Source: an uncultured Candidatus Saccharibacteria bacterium
Lineage (GTDB): Bacteria > Patescibacteriota > Saccharimonadia > CAILAD01 > BJGX01
Length of the DNA: 64,000 nt
NCBI GenBank assembly: GCA_964637185.1
Contig: CAZWVB010000001.1
Coordinates: 68,539-132,538, forward strand
Reading direction: 5' to 3'
Below are positions 40,307 to 53,276 of this stretch, piece after piece. The notes under the pieces are model-generated. The model saw nothing but the letters and a program-made list of their open reading frames with translations. It did not search any database and had not been told where the DNA came from. The number at the start of each line of letters is the position of its first letter. Position 1 is the stretch's first letter. The translations under genes were made by a program, and so were the position numbers.

Positions 40307-41035
40307 ATGCCCACGCCAAAAATAGCCAAACCCCAAGAATTATCTATATCGGCCATGCTTACCGCGGCTTGGCACACTTTCTTTAGTGACTACGTGGCAA
40401 TGACACTAGTGGCTGTTTTTGTGCCTGGTATTATCTTGGCTCTCATCAATATGCCCCAGCAGATACTGGTATTCGTATCCGGTCTACTTGGGAATTCAGT
40501 TAATAACTCTGGCGCATCCGGTGCTATACTAGCTGGCCTGGTATTGATAGCCATTTTGGGTATAGCAACAGCGGTGGTGCGCATCTGGCTACAGTTCTTG
40601 ATGGCCATCGGCGCCACGCGCATACAACTCGATATTGTCGATGGCAAAGAACCAACTTTTCGCCAACTATTCAACTCTGAGGGTATTTATTGGCGCTATC
40701 TGTGGACGAGCGTACTGTATGGATTATTAATCATCGCTGGATTGATACTTTTCATAATCCCAGGTATTTATTGGGCGGTGCGCTATCAGATGACCCTATA
40801 TGCTATGGTGGATCAAAAGCTTGGTGTACGAGCTGCATTTACTCGTAGTAGTGAGCTAACCCACGGCCGCAAGTGGTGGCTAATAGGGTTTGGTATCACT
40901 ATGTTTGGTGTCAACATACTTGGGCTACTGGTCTTCTTTGTTGGTCTAATTGTGACCATACCGCTTACCAGCCTAGCGCATTTCTATCTCTATCGATACC
41001 TCACTCAAAACAGCAAGTCTGCAACTGTCAAATAA
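40307..41035 (+). CDS. Membrane protein (DUF975-like)
   Basis: GLILFIIPGIY and A..RS.ELT.G.KW motifs. Confidence 0.75.
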   Translation: MPTPKIAKPQELSISAMLTAAWHTFFSDYVAMTLVAVFVPGIILALINMPQQILVFVSGLLGNSVNNSGASGAILAGLVLIAILGIATAVVRIWLQFLMAIGATRIQLDIVDGKEPTFRQLFNSEGIYWRYLWTSVLYGLLIIAGLILFIIPGIYWAVRYQMTLYAMVDQKLGVRAAFTRSSELTHGRKWWLIGFGITMFGVNILGLLVFFVGLIVTIPLTSLAHFYLYRYLTQNSKSATVK

Positions 41036-41108
41036 TATTAATACAAAGCTTGTAACTGCCGTGTAGTGTGGTTCGTAAGCATTACAGATATGGTGTTAAA
41101 ATACTAGT

Positions 41109-43568
41109 ATGGTAGAACATCAGATCGGCAGCTCTCGGCCAGAGGTGGCCAAGGAGGTAACGGAATTACCGTCGCGTACTCGTGAACAGCGCAGACTGCT
41201 TGCGGCGTTGGAACAAGATGTGCCCATACATGGGCCAAATCGGGAGTTTTTCGACCATCAATTTGAACTGGCTGTGAATAGCTTGCTCAACAAGGACCAG
41301 CAGACAGCAGTACATGCGGCAGCTGACATGTTGCTCTGGCGTTGGTTTGGAGGGGCTGACCAGCCACTGCCGGATAGCGTTGCACTTTTCTTTGGCAGTG
41401 AAAATCGTTTGATATATAACCCCAAGAGCAGCATTGGTGTGGCTAATCCTTCAGCCGAGCAATATTTGAAATCGTGGATAGGCAACAAGGAACCAGAAAG
41501 AAGCGGACTTTTTAAAGGAGCAGCGCTTGAGAGTTACATTAGCGCCATGCCTATGCACAACTTCCTACGCAGTTTTCTAGTTGAGGCCCCAGTAATACAA
41601 GAACTCCGACTGAGTGATCAGGAGCGCCTAGCTCGTGAGCGGCAGATAGAAGCCGATGTACGACACAGATATGGCATGGCGGATGGTAAGCCATTTGAGC
41701 GCTACACGCCGGCCTGGAAAGAGCTGCAGCGACATTTCTACCTGCTCGATGAGGAGACTAGCCCCAGACTCGATCGCAAGCCGTCCGACCCCAAGGCCAA
41801 ATTCGAAGCATGGCTACTCGCCGAGGCCCAGTCACGCTGGAGCTCACAACACCCTAGTTGGTACCCAAATACTGGCGGACCACCAGAAGTGAAGATCATC
41901 GGTTTGGCATCTATTACTCAAGATTATAGTGACTTTGATATGGCATTGCGTGCCGACTCATTCCAACTGTCCAATGGTGAAACATTGCCATTCAATTCAG
42001 TCATGAATGGCTTCATGGATGATCAATATGAGACCGGGCCATATACAATTCCCCGATTGGACGCTGGCCTATTGGAGGACTTCAGCGCAAATTTGCTACT
42101 AAAAAATATGCAATACAAACAGGCTTTGGCTGCGGCTGTACACTCCGTTACTGAAAGATACTTGTACTTCAACAATGGCCAACTCGATGACTCGTTGTTA
42201 ATTGCTATTCGCAGACCGCGAGGAGATATTTATACTGAGTTGCCAGAGAGTTATCTGAGACACAATACCCTGGCTATAGATAAACCACAATCCAACGATG
42301 TTTTGGTGGTGAGTAGAGAAAGGTATAGCCAGGATATCCACAGTACCATCGGCGATGTACTGTACCGATCAAGGCCGCAGGATGCTGCAAGGCTTGTGGA
42401 TTTTCAAACATTTGAGAGAGTGCGCCAGCTGCCACTGCCTAAATCTGACAAGCTGCAGGATTATGATCTTGTGCTGCAGTTTGATCCGAAGATGGAGCTG
42501 GCTGTCAATGACGCTAAGCCGCGCGATGGACATGGTCGAGAGCCATACATAGCTGGGTTTGATCTGGTAGCTACAGATGGTGACAAATGGTATTTCAACC
42601 GATCTGAGCTAGATCCATATGAAGGGAGTGGGCAGATCAAGCTGGAGAAAAATGGTATCGATCTACTTCGCCAAAAATACAGTGCCAATGGTATGACTGC
42701 GCTGGCTCAAGCCTTGCAAGGCATTGAAACTATGAGCGCGGCTGATCTGGCAAGTATTATCCGTCAGCATAGTGATTATACCTTCGACACCTCACTGCCG
42801 GAATTTTCCAAGATTACATCTGGCATGATGGTATCTATTGGTGCCTTCACACAATTTGTACGTGATGGCAGGGTGCAGATGCAATGTGCTGGTGCCGCGA
42901 CATTTCTTGGCTATTCGCTCGAAATCGCCCTAGAAGGCAGCACGGCAGTACAAAGCGACGGGTGGCTGATGACTGATAGCGCTAGGCTCACGGCAGTGCG
43001 GCATGCTCAAACATTACTGATATATCAGGGTAGACAATTTCTGCTCGACGCCACGCCAAATGCCGATGCAGCAGGGGGACGCAGTTTGGACATCACTGGC
43101 AACTTTGGGCGTGGACGCTTTGGCCGACGCCGCAGCACGGCCCAAGCACATCGTGAGATAGAAAACCATCCGCAATTGCCTCATGTCGCCACTGAATCGC
43201 CGGCTGAGGAGATTGAGATTGAGCCGCCCAAGACGGCTGATTTGAGCGAGTTGCTGGCAGAACACGAGCCACAACGTATTGAAGCCTGCAAAGAGCGAGT
43301 CGAGCAGATCTTGTCGGCAGTGCTAGATATACCCAAACAGAATCTCGCAGAGGATCTGATCAAACTAAGTCGAGATGACCCGGTCTATCGGGCCTATGAA
43401 GCCTTGCACAAAAAGCCGCCCGTCGGCACACGGGCCGATCAAATAGCCGCGGCTGCTGAATACATCGAGAGTTATGTCAAAAAGGGCGATGCAGGCTGGC
43501 GCAAGCGCCACGGAGTACCACTATACAATCCAGACTTCATGCATCTGTTGCGGCAAGCTCTGTTGTAG
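41109..43568 (+). CDS. Large protein with a transglutaminase-like Cys-His-Asp domain
   Basis: MQCAGAA, RHAQT and LLDATP motifs. Confidence 0.65.
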   Translation: MVEHQIGSSRPEVAKEVTELPSRTREQRRLLAALEQDVPIHGPNREFFDHQFELAVNSLLNKDQQTAVHAAADMLLWRWFGGADQPLPDSVALFFGSENRLIYNPKSSIGVANPSAEQYLKSWIGNKEPERSGLFKGAALESYISAMPMHNFLRSFLVEAPVIQELRLSDQERLARERQIEADVRHRYGMADGKPFERYTPAWKELQRHFYLLDEETSPRLDRKPSDPKAKFEAWLLAEAQSRWSSQHPSWYPNTGGPPEVKIIGLASITQDYSDFDMALRADSFQLSNGETLPFNSVMNGFMDDQYETGPYTIPRLDAGLLEDFSANLLLKNMQYKQALAAAVHSVTERYLYFNNGQLDDSLLIAIRRPRGDIYTELPESYLRHNTLAIDKPQSNDVLVVSRERYSQDIHSTIGDVLYRSRPQDAARLVDFQTFERVRQLPLPKSDKLQDYDLVLQFDPKMELAVNDAKPRDGHGREPYIAGFDLVATDGDKWYFNRSELDPYEGSGQIKLEKNGIDLLRQKYSANGMTALAQALQGIETMSAADLASIIRQHSDYTFDTSLPEFSKITSGMMVSIGAFTQFVRDGRVQMQCAGAATFLGYSLEIALEGSTAVQSDGWLMTDSARLTAVRHAQTLLIYQGRQFLLDATPNADAAGGRSLDITGNFGRGRFGRRRSTAQAHREIENHPQLPHVATESPAEEIEIEPPKTADLSELLAEHEPQRIEACKERVEQILSAVLDIPKQNLAEDLIKLSRDDPVYRAYEALHKKPPVGTRADQIAAAAEYIESYVKKGDAGWRKRHGVPLYNPDFMHLLRQALL

Positions 43569-43625
43569 TTGTTTCAAGATTGATGATTTATTGATATAAT
43601 TGAGCTATAGAAAGGAATAATCTTT

Positions 43626-44195
43626 ATGATGTTTATTTGGATACTGTTAATTATTGTATTGCTGGTCGCTGTTTGGCTATGGGCCACCTACAATGGCCTG
43701 ATCAAATCCCGCAACCGAGCTGATGAGGCCCTCAGCGACATCACCGTCCAAGAAAAGCGCCGATTAGACCTTATTCCCAATCTGGTCGAATCGGTCAAAG
43801 GATATGCCAAACACGAAAAGACCGTGCTTGAGAATGTTACCAAAGCCCGCGCAGCTGTTATGAATGCGCCCGAGGGGGATCTTAGCAAGCGAGCCGAGGC
43901 CGACAACATGCTAAGTAGTACTCTCAAAAGTCTGTTTGCAGTTGCAGAGAATTATCCAGATCTCAAAGCCAACCAGAACTTTTTGCAACTCCAAGATGAG
44001 CTAGTCGATGCCGAGGACAAGATTCAAGCCGCTCGCCGCTTCTACAATGGCAATGTGCGTGATTTCAACACCAAGCTGCAAGTGTTCCCAACCAACATGA
44101 TTGGCAAACAGCTCGGCTTTTCGCCCAAAGATTTCTTTGATGTTGCGGACGCAGAAAAAGAAGCCGTCAAGAAAGCCCCTTCGGTCAAATTCTAG
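43626..44195 (+). CDS. lemA: LemA family protein
   Basis: RRLDLIPNLV..VKGY..HE, ENYPDLKA and RRFYN motifs. Confidence 0.95.
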   Translation: MMFIWILLIIVLLVAVWLWATYNGLIKSRNRADEALSDITVQEKRRLDLIPNLVESVKGYAKHEKTVLENVTKARAAVMNAPEGDLSKRAEADNMLSSTLKSLFAVAENYPDLKANQNFLQLQDELVDAEDKIQAARRFYNGNVRDFNTKLQVFPTNMIGKQLGFSPKDFFDVADAEKEAVKKAPSVKF

Positions 44196-44298
44196 CCGGG
44201 ATAGCGGCGTTGGGATCTGCGCTACTCAGTCGATGTAGTAGCTCTACACCTTCTTTCGTTGCTCGATCCCGCCTTGCTCTCCACGCAAGAATTTAACC
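44183..44298. repeat. Long imperfect palindrome related to 9715-9831
   Basis: ggtcaaattct/agaatttaacc, gggatc/gatccc and tgtag/ctaca arms. Confidence 0.55.
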
Positions 44299-44331
44299 TG
44301 GCTAAACTAATTCAAACTTATAACATCTACC

Positions 44332-44907
44332 ATGAGATATCCGGCGGCTGATCCCAAAAACCTTGTCTACTCAGACAGTTTTGGTGTGCGTGGTGACAAC
44401 TACTACTGGCACAATGCTGAGCGATTTGGCATTACCAAAGACGAATTGGCGGCCGAGGACATAGTCGATGCCCGTGTCAAGGTCGACAAATCTCTGGAAG
44501 TTCCACTCAAAGCTGCTCAAGCTAAATTGAAACAGCATGGCTACGACATAGTTATCAAAGATGGCTATCGTAGCCCTAGCATGTACGAGCTGGCCCATCG
44601 CAAACGCTCGGAGACTATGGGCAAGACCGATCAGCTGATCAACCTCGAAGCCATGCCGCATGCGTCGGGTAGGGTAGTAGATCTGGATTTGGTGGATGCC
44701 AAGACAGCTGAGCCAGTACCGATGCGCAATCGCGATGATGGCTTGCCCGCCTGTTATGTTGGCTTTTACCGTAGTAAAACTGATCCAAAATCGAGGGAAT
44801 ATCAGAGATTACAGGATTTATTGGTAGATACTATGAAAGATTTGGGTTTTGTTTTGGGTAGCAAAGACGAATATTGGCATTTTGAACTGCCACCAAAAAG
44901 TAGCTAG
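44332..44907 (+). CDS. D-Ala-D-Ala dipeptidase (M15, VanX/DdpX-like)
   Basis: DGYRS, HASG..VDL and EYWHF motifs. Confidence 0.85.
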   Translation: MRYPAADPKNLVYSDSFGVRGDNYYWHNAERFGITKDELAAEDIVDARVKVDKSLEVPLKAAQAKLKQHGYDIVIKDGYRSPSMYELAHRKRSETMGKTDQLINLEAMPHASGRVVDLDLVDAKTAEPVPMRNRDDGLPACYVGFYRSKTDPKSREYQRLQDLLVDTMKDLGFVLGSKDEYWHFELPPKSS

Positions 44908-44915
44908 TACGAAAG

Positions 44916-44961
44916 AAGCCCACCCGCGAAGGATGGGCAGGCTCCTTTCGCGAGCGGGCTT
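44916..44961 (-). terminator. GC-rich 3' hairpin
   Basis: aagcccacccgcgaagga/tcctttcgcgagcgggctt. Confidence 0.55.
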
Positions 44962-44966
44962 GAGGC

Positions 44967-45122
44967 TCAGTCGTCCCACCAGTCGGCGTCGTGGATGGGG
45001 TCGCTGAGCGGGCGATCACAGAGCCCACAGCATGACAGGGCGGGTCCTTCCTCGAAGAGGTGAGGCCTGTCGTAGTCGGGCAGCTCGTCGACATCGGGCG
45101 AGTCGGGGAGGGTGTCGCTCAT
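44967..45122 (-). CDS. GC-rich 51-aa acidic protein with an H..CCxxC..H motif
   Basis: TGATG overlap with the upstream gene; MSDTLPDS..HLF..CCGLC..PIH. Confidence 0.55.
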   Translation of the reverse strand: MSDTLPDSPDVDELPDYDRPHLFEEGPALSCCGLCDRPLSDPIHDADWWDD

Positions 45123-45517
45123 CACTCGTCCTCGACGGTCGCGTAGGGGTCGTCGTTGCCGGCTGCCCACGCGACGGCGATCGGGTCGATGCGCTCCAGC
45201 TTCTCGAACGATCCGCCCAGCTGGCTGAAGCGAACCGTCTCGGTGGCACGACGCCAGTCGTCTCGACGCCACACGTCGAGTTGGCCGTTGTCGACCCGGG
45301 CGCGGACCCTGACGTCGAACTGGTCGGTGGGCTCGGGCGCGTGGGTCTTGAGCCACTGGGCGAACATCCCCAGCACGAACTCGTGGCTGTTGGCCTCGAG
45401 TTCGTCGATCTTGACGATCGTTGGCTCGGGCGGCGGCATGCTCTGGTGATGAGCGTGCCGCCGGGTGAGAAACACTGCATAGTGCATGCGGTGGGTGGTG
45501 GGTGCTGTGGTTGGCAT
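45122..45517 (-). CDS. GC-rich orphan protein
   Basis: AGGAGG SD; TTGACT-17-TAATAT promoter. Confidence 0.7.
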   Translation of the reverse strand: MPTTAPTTHRMHYAVFLTRRHAHHQSMPPPEPTIVKIDELEANSHEFVLGMFAQWLKTHAPEPTDQFDVRVRARVDNGQLDVWRRDDWRRATETVRFSQLGGSFEKLERIDPIAVAWAAGNDDPYATVEDE

Positions 45518-45643
45518 CGATTCCTCCTGGGGGTGTCGATGGATGCCTTGGTGCGAATACGCTCAAATATTAACACAAAACACCCCAAAAGTCAATATAA
45601 TAGAACTTTCTTATCTGTTGCAATCTGGTATAATTGATAGGGT

Positions 45644-46549
45644 ATGTATACCGAAATAGCCAAAAACAAGCGCAATAGCTGGTTTTTGATCACTGGCTTT
45701 GTAATTCTGATAGCCTTACTGTGTTGGGTATTCAGCCTGGCACTCAACAACCAGCTTATTATGTACGTTGGAGTTGGTTTCGCGCTGTTTTATGCCGCTA
45801 TTAGCTATTTCTATAGCAGCAACATGGTATTGGCGGCCAGTGGAGCCAAGCCGCTTGCCAAGAAGGACAACCCGACGCTTTATCGTACGGTCGAGAACCT
45901 CGCCATTACCGCAGGCATACCTACTCCCAAGATATATATCATCGACGACACAGCGCCCAATGCCTTTGCGACTGGTCGTGATCCGCAGCATGCCATGGTC
46001 TGTGTGACTTCTGGCCTGCTAGACAAACTCGACAAGCAAGAACTTCAGGGAGTAATCGCTCACGAGCTTAGTCACATCGGCAACTACGACGTCAAGCTCA
46101 TGACATTGGTGGTGATGCTAGTCAGTATAGTGATATTGCTCAGCGACTGGTTTTTGCGCATTAGCATATTCGGCGACGACGATAGTGGCGACAGCGGCAA
46201 CCTCCAACTAATCATACTGGGCATAGCAATAGTGTTTGCTATATTGGCGCCGATTATCGGTATGCTTTTCCAACTGGCTGTCAGTCGCAAACGCGAGTAC
46301 TTGGCTGACGCTAGCGGTGCGCTACTGACTCGCTACCCCGAAGGCTTAGCTAGCGCACTTGAGAAGATCGAGGCTGATACCGAGCCGCTCGAGGCTGCCA
46401 ATCGCGCGACAGAAAATCTTTACATCATCAACCCGTTGCGCGAGGGCGTCAAGAATGATCAACGCGGCTGGTTCGCGAGTATGTTTAGTACCCATCCGCC
46501 TACTGCCGAGCGCATCAAACGCTTACGTGCTATGGACATAAAACCCTAA
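45644..46549 (+). CDS. htpX: Zn metalloprotease HtpX (M48)
   Basis: PNAFATG, HELSH, REYLAD and STHPP motifs. Confidence 0.95.
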   Translation: MYTEIAKNKRNSWFLITGFVILIALLCWVFSLALNNQLIMYVGVGFALFYAAISYFYSSNMVLAASGAKPLAKKDNPTLYRTVENLAITAGIPTPKIYIIDDTAPNAFATGRDPQHAMVCVTSGLLDKLDKQELQGVIAHELSHIGNYDVKLMTLVVMLVSIVILLSDWFLRISIFGDDDSGDSGNLQLIILGIAIVFAILAPIIGMLFQLAVSRKREYLADASGALLTRYPEGLASALEKIEADTEPLEAANRATENLYIINPLREGVKNDQRGWFASMFSTHPPTAERIKRLRAMDIKP

Positions 46550-46563
46550 AGGAGGAAATTGAA

Positions 46564-50350
<3,787 letters not shown>

Positions 50351-50467
50351 TCAACACAGTCTTGACTCAAACTACTTTTGTCTCAAAGATCTCTAGTCTT
50401 ATTTTTTCTACGTAGCGTTACTACTATGTAGTAGTACGTACAAGCCCTTCGACAAAGGAGAATTGCT

Positions 50468-51016
50468 ATGGAACTACTGGAAAGGCCGGGCTACCTCGGC
50501 AAGCGACGTGATGCCTACGTGGCCGAGCTCAACGAGCGCTATGGCCAGGGCCGCTGGAAGTTTGTGTGGCGGTGGGGGAGCATGGTGCTCGACTTCGTGG
50601 AGGCCTGTGGCATCTACGAAGACGCTTACTATCAGTACTTGCTGAGCCGGCCATGGGTACTGGCACAGCTGGTAGTCGAGGCCAGTGATGTATATGACGA
50701 CGCGCCCAGCAATGTCGACTCTGTCTACGACTACACAGCACAGGAGACCGAGCGCACGCACGTGCAAGACATCGCCATCCGCCGCTGCTTGCGCCGCTGC
50801 GGAACATGGTTTGCGGGCACACAGTTGCTGCAAATCCGCGACAGCCGCGGCGATCATCCGCTCAGCATGACGCTGTCGCCTGGTCAAGTGCCTTTTCACA
50901 TGCCGGAGCTGATCGTGCGACCCGCCGCCAACACCGATGCCGACAGCCAACCATGGTGGCTGCCCGATACGGTCGAGGACTTCTACCAGTCCAACCGCTA
51001 CGTGGCGATACTCTGA
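50468..51016 (+). CDS. GC-rich hypothetical protein
   Basis: AAGGAG SD; conserved-looking YEDAY, HVQDIAIRR, LSPG.VPFH and VEDFYQSN motifs. Confidence 0.75.
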   Translation: MELLERPGYLGKRRDAYVAELNERYGQGRWKFVWRWGSMVLDFVEACGIYEDAYYQYLLSRPWVLAQLVVEASDVYDDAPSNVDSVYDYTAQETERTHVQDIAIRRCLRRCGTWFAGTQLLQIRDSRGDHPLSMTLSPGQVPFHMPELIVRPAANTDADSQPWWLPDTVEDFYQSNRYVAIL

Positions 51017-51025
51017 CGCGAAGGC

Positions 51026-51060
51026 TGTTCTGGGCGAGTGCAATGCGCTCGCCCAGAACA
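51026..51060 (+). terminator. GC-rich 3' hairpin without U-tract
   Basis: tgttctgggcgagtgc/gcgctcgcccagaaca. Confidence 0.6.
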
Positions 51061-51109
51061 AGTCAAAATAGTTTTGTCTATACTGGCTATACCTGGTAAA
51101 ATGGGGCGT

Positions 51110-51400
51110 ATGGCCAAGCTTTCTATTACTGATATCGAAAAAGTTGCTAGACTAGCTAGAATTGATTTGAAGGATCAGGAAAAAGACCAACTCACTACCG
51201 AAGTTGGTAGCATTTTGGATTTTGTCGAGACCATCCAATCGGTAGATACCCAAGGAGTGGAGCCGACCGCTCAAGTCACTGGCTTGCAAGACGTGTTACG
51301 CGATGATTTGGTAAAGAAATGCGATGTGCTGCCAGCTGAATTGCTGCAAAACGTACCAGGGTTAGAAGACGGATATATTAAGGTACCCAAAGTATTGTAA
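51110..51400 (+). CDS. gatC: Asp/Glu-tRNA amidotransferase subunit C
   Basis: VARLARI, VDT.GVEPT, LRDD and IKVPKVL motifs. Confidence 0.93.
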   Translation: MAKLSITDIEKVARLARIDLKDQEKDQLTTEVGSILDFVETIQSVDTQGVEPTAQVTGLQDVLRDDLVKKCDVLPAELLQNVPGLEDGYIKVPKVL

Positions 51401-51405
51401 TTATC

Positions 51406-52818
51406 ATGGCCGACCTAGCTTATTTATCTATTGCCCAAGCACACCAGCTGCTCACGACTAGGCAAGTCACCTGTGTAGAGTTGGTCCAATACTATCTCGA
51501 TCGTATCGCCAAGTACGATGGCACTCTTAAGACTGTTCTGACACTGTGTGACAAATCTGCGCTAGAGGCTGCGCGACAAGTAGATAACAAGCTCGCAAAT
51601 GACGAAGCAATCAGTATTCTTGAGGGCATTCCATATACTGCCAAGGACATGTTCCTGACCGCTGGTGTGCGCACTACCGCTGCTAGCAAAATGTTGGATA
51701 GCTTCGTAGCACCATACAGCGCCACGGCTATTCAAAAACTTGATGCAGCTGGTGCCATACTACTAGCCAAAGTCAACCAAGACGAATACGCCCATGGTGG
51801 CAGTACCGAAAACAGTGCTTATCATCCTAGTCACAATCCATGGAATACCGACTATGTGCCAGGTGGCAGTAGTGGTGGTAGTGCAGCAGCCGTTGCCGCT
51901 GATTTTGGTATTTTTAGTATGGGCACAGACACTGGCGGCTCGATTCGTCAACCTGCAGCCTATTGTGGTGTGACCGGGCTTAAGCCAACCTATGGCGCAG
52001 TGAGCCGTTATGGCGTGGTAGCCATGGCGAGCAGTTTTGATTGTATCGGTCCGATAGCGCGTAGCGCCGAAGATGCCACAGAGGTGTTCAAGGTAATTGC
52101 CGGTCAAGACAAAATGGACGCTACCACCATCGCAGTGGACGTAGACAAACCTAAGCTCCCTAAGAGTATAGGCTTTGCCAAAGAATACATGGATCATGCA
52201 GCTGTAGTCGAAGCCATCAATAACATAGATCTCAAGGCCGAGGAGTTGGATTTGCCAGATGGCGAATTGGCTTTGGCGGCATATTATATTTTGGTACCGT
52301 CGGAGATTAGCTCCAATCTAGAGCGCTATGACAGTATCCGCTATGGCTCAGTATCGGCCGATGCCAAAGATTTGCAGCAGCGTTATAGTTACTCACGCGA
52401 TGAATTTTTTGGGGCCGAAGTAAAGCGCCGCAACATTATCGGTACTTATGCGCTGTCGGCTGGCTACTACGATGCCTACTACAACCGCGCTATGCAGATA
52501 CGCAGTATCATACGCGAGCAATTCGACAAGTTGTTTGAGCGGGTCGATGCGATAGTGACGCCTACGACGGTAGCGCCGGCCTTCCAACTTGGTAGCAAAT
52601 CAGATCCAGTCGAGATGTACAAAACCGATATCCTGACTGTCTCGGCCAATCTTGCAGGTATTCCAGCGATCAGTGTACCGGCCGGCGTCGACGAGACAAG
52701 CGGGCTGCCGCTAGGTTTGCAGATCATGGGTCCACAGGGCAGCGATGCTGCTGTACTGGCGCTAGCACAAGAGTTCCAAAAATCCACCGACTGGCATACA
52801 CGGAGGCCAAACTTATGA
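51406..52818 (+). CDS. gatA: Amidotransferase subunit A
   Basis: PGGSSGGS and DTGGSIRQPA amidase signature. Confidence 0.96.
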   Translation: MADLAYLSIAQAHQLLTTRQVTCVELVQYYLDRIAKYDGTLKTVLTLCDKSALEAARQVDNKLANDEAISILEGIPYTAKDMFLTAGVRTTAASKMLDSFVAPYSATAIQKLDAAGAILLAKVNQDEYAHGGSTENSAYHPSHNPWNTDYVPGGSSGGSAAAVAADFGIFSMGTDTGGSIRQPAAYCGVTGLKPTYGAVSRYGVVAMASSFDCIGPIARSAEDATEVFKVIAGQDKMDATTIAVDVDKPKLPKSIGFAKEYMDHAAVVEAINNIDLKAEELDLPDGELALAAYYILVPSEISSNLERYDSIRYGSVSADAKDLQQRYSYSRDEFFGAEVKRRNIIGTYALSAGYYDAYYNRAMQIRSIIREQFDKLFERVDAIVTPTTVAPAFQLGSKSDPVEMYKTDILTVSANLAGIPAISVPAGVDETSGLPLGLQIMGPQGSDAAVLALAQEFQKSTDWHTRRPNL

Positions 52819-53276
52819 ATATCTCAATCATTGTCGCCATAGTGGTACTAAGCGCGCTGGTTTACATACTTCTCAAGACTGAGCCCAGGGCACTGCGGCA
52901 GAAAAAGGCCGCTTTGCACGGTGGACACAAGCCGGCTGAGGCCAAACCAAGCCTGGACGTGGAGTTGGTACGTAGCAAATGGACAGATATACTTAGCATG
53001 CAGCAAGCCGGCCCCAGTGGACTCAAGAACGCACTTATGGAAGCTGACAAATTACTCGACTACGTCATGAAAGCACGTGGTTTTGCCGGTGAGACTATGG
53101 CTGATCGGCTGCGCAGTGGTGGGCAAAGTCTCAGCAATCTCAATGCTGTTTGGGAGGCCCACAAATTGCGCAACCAGCTAGCTCACGAGGTAGAGCATGA
53201 CTTGGTGGCTCAACAGGTACGCAATGCTCTTTTGACTTATCAACAGGCTATAACTGACTTGGGAGTAAGATTATGA
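52815..53276 (+). CDS. Membrane-anchored hypothetical protein
   Basis: N-terminal TM; EADKLLD, GETM.DRL and AHKLRNQLAH (HEPN-like RxxxxH). Confidence 0.75.
   Translation: MNISIIVAIVVLSALVYILLKTEPRALRQKKAALHGGHKPAEAKPSLDVELVRSKWTDILSMQQAGPSGLKNALMEADKLLDYVMKARGFAGETMADRLRSGGQSLSNLNAVWEAHKLRNQLAHEVEHDLVAQQVRNALLTYQQAITDLGVRL

Noticed and set aside
32655-40377. Short ORFs overlapping tRNAs (32655-32885, 35710 start, 38674-38919, 39841-40065, 40189-40377)
   Set aside because: They are translations of tRNA genes
44332-44907. Vancomycin-resistance cluster
   Set aside because: A lone M15 dipeptidase with no vanH, vanA, vanR or vanS
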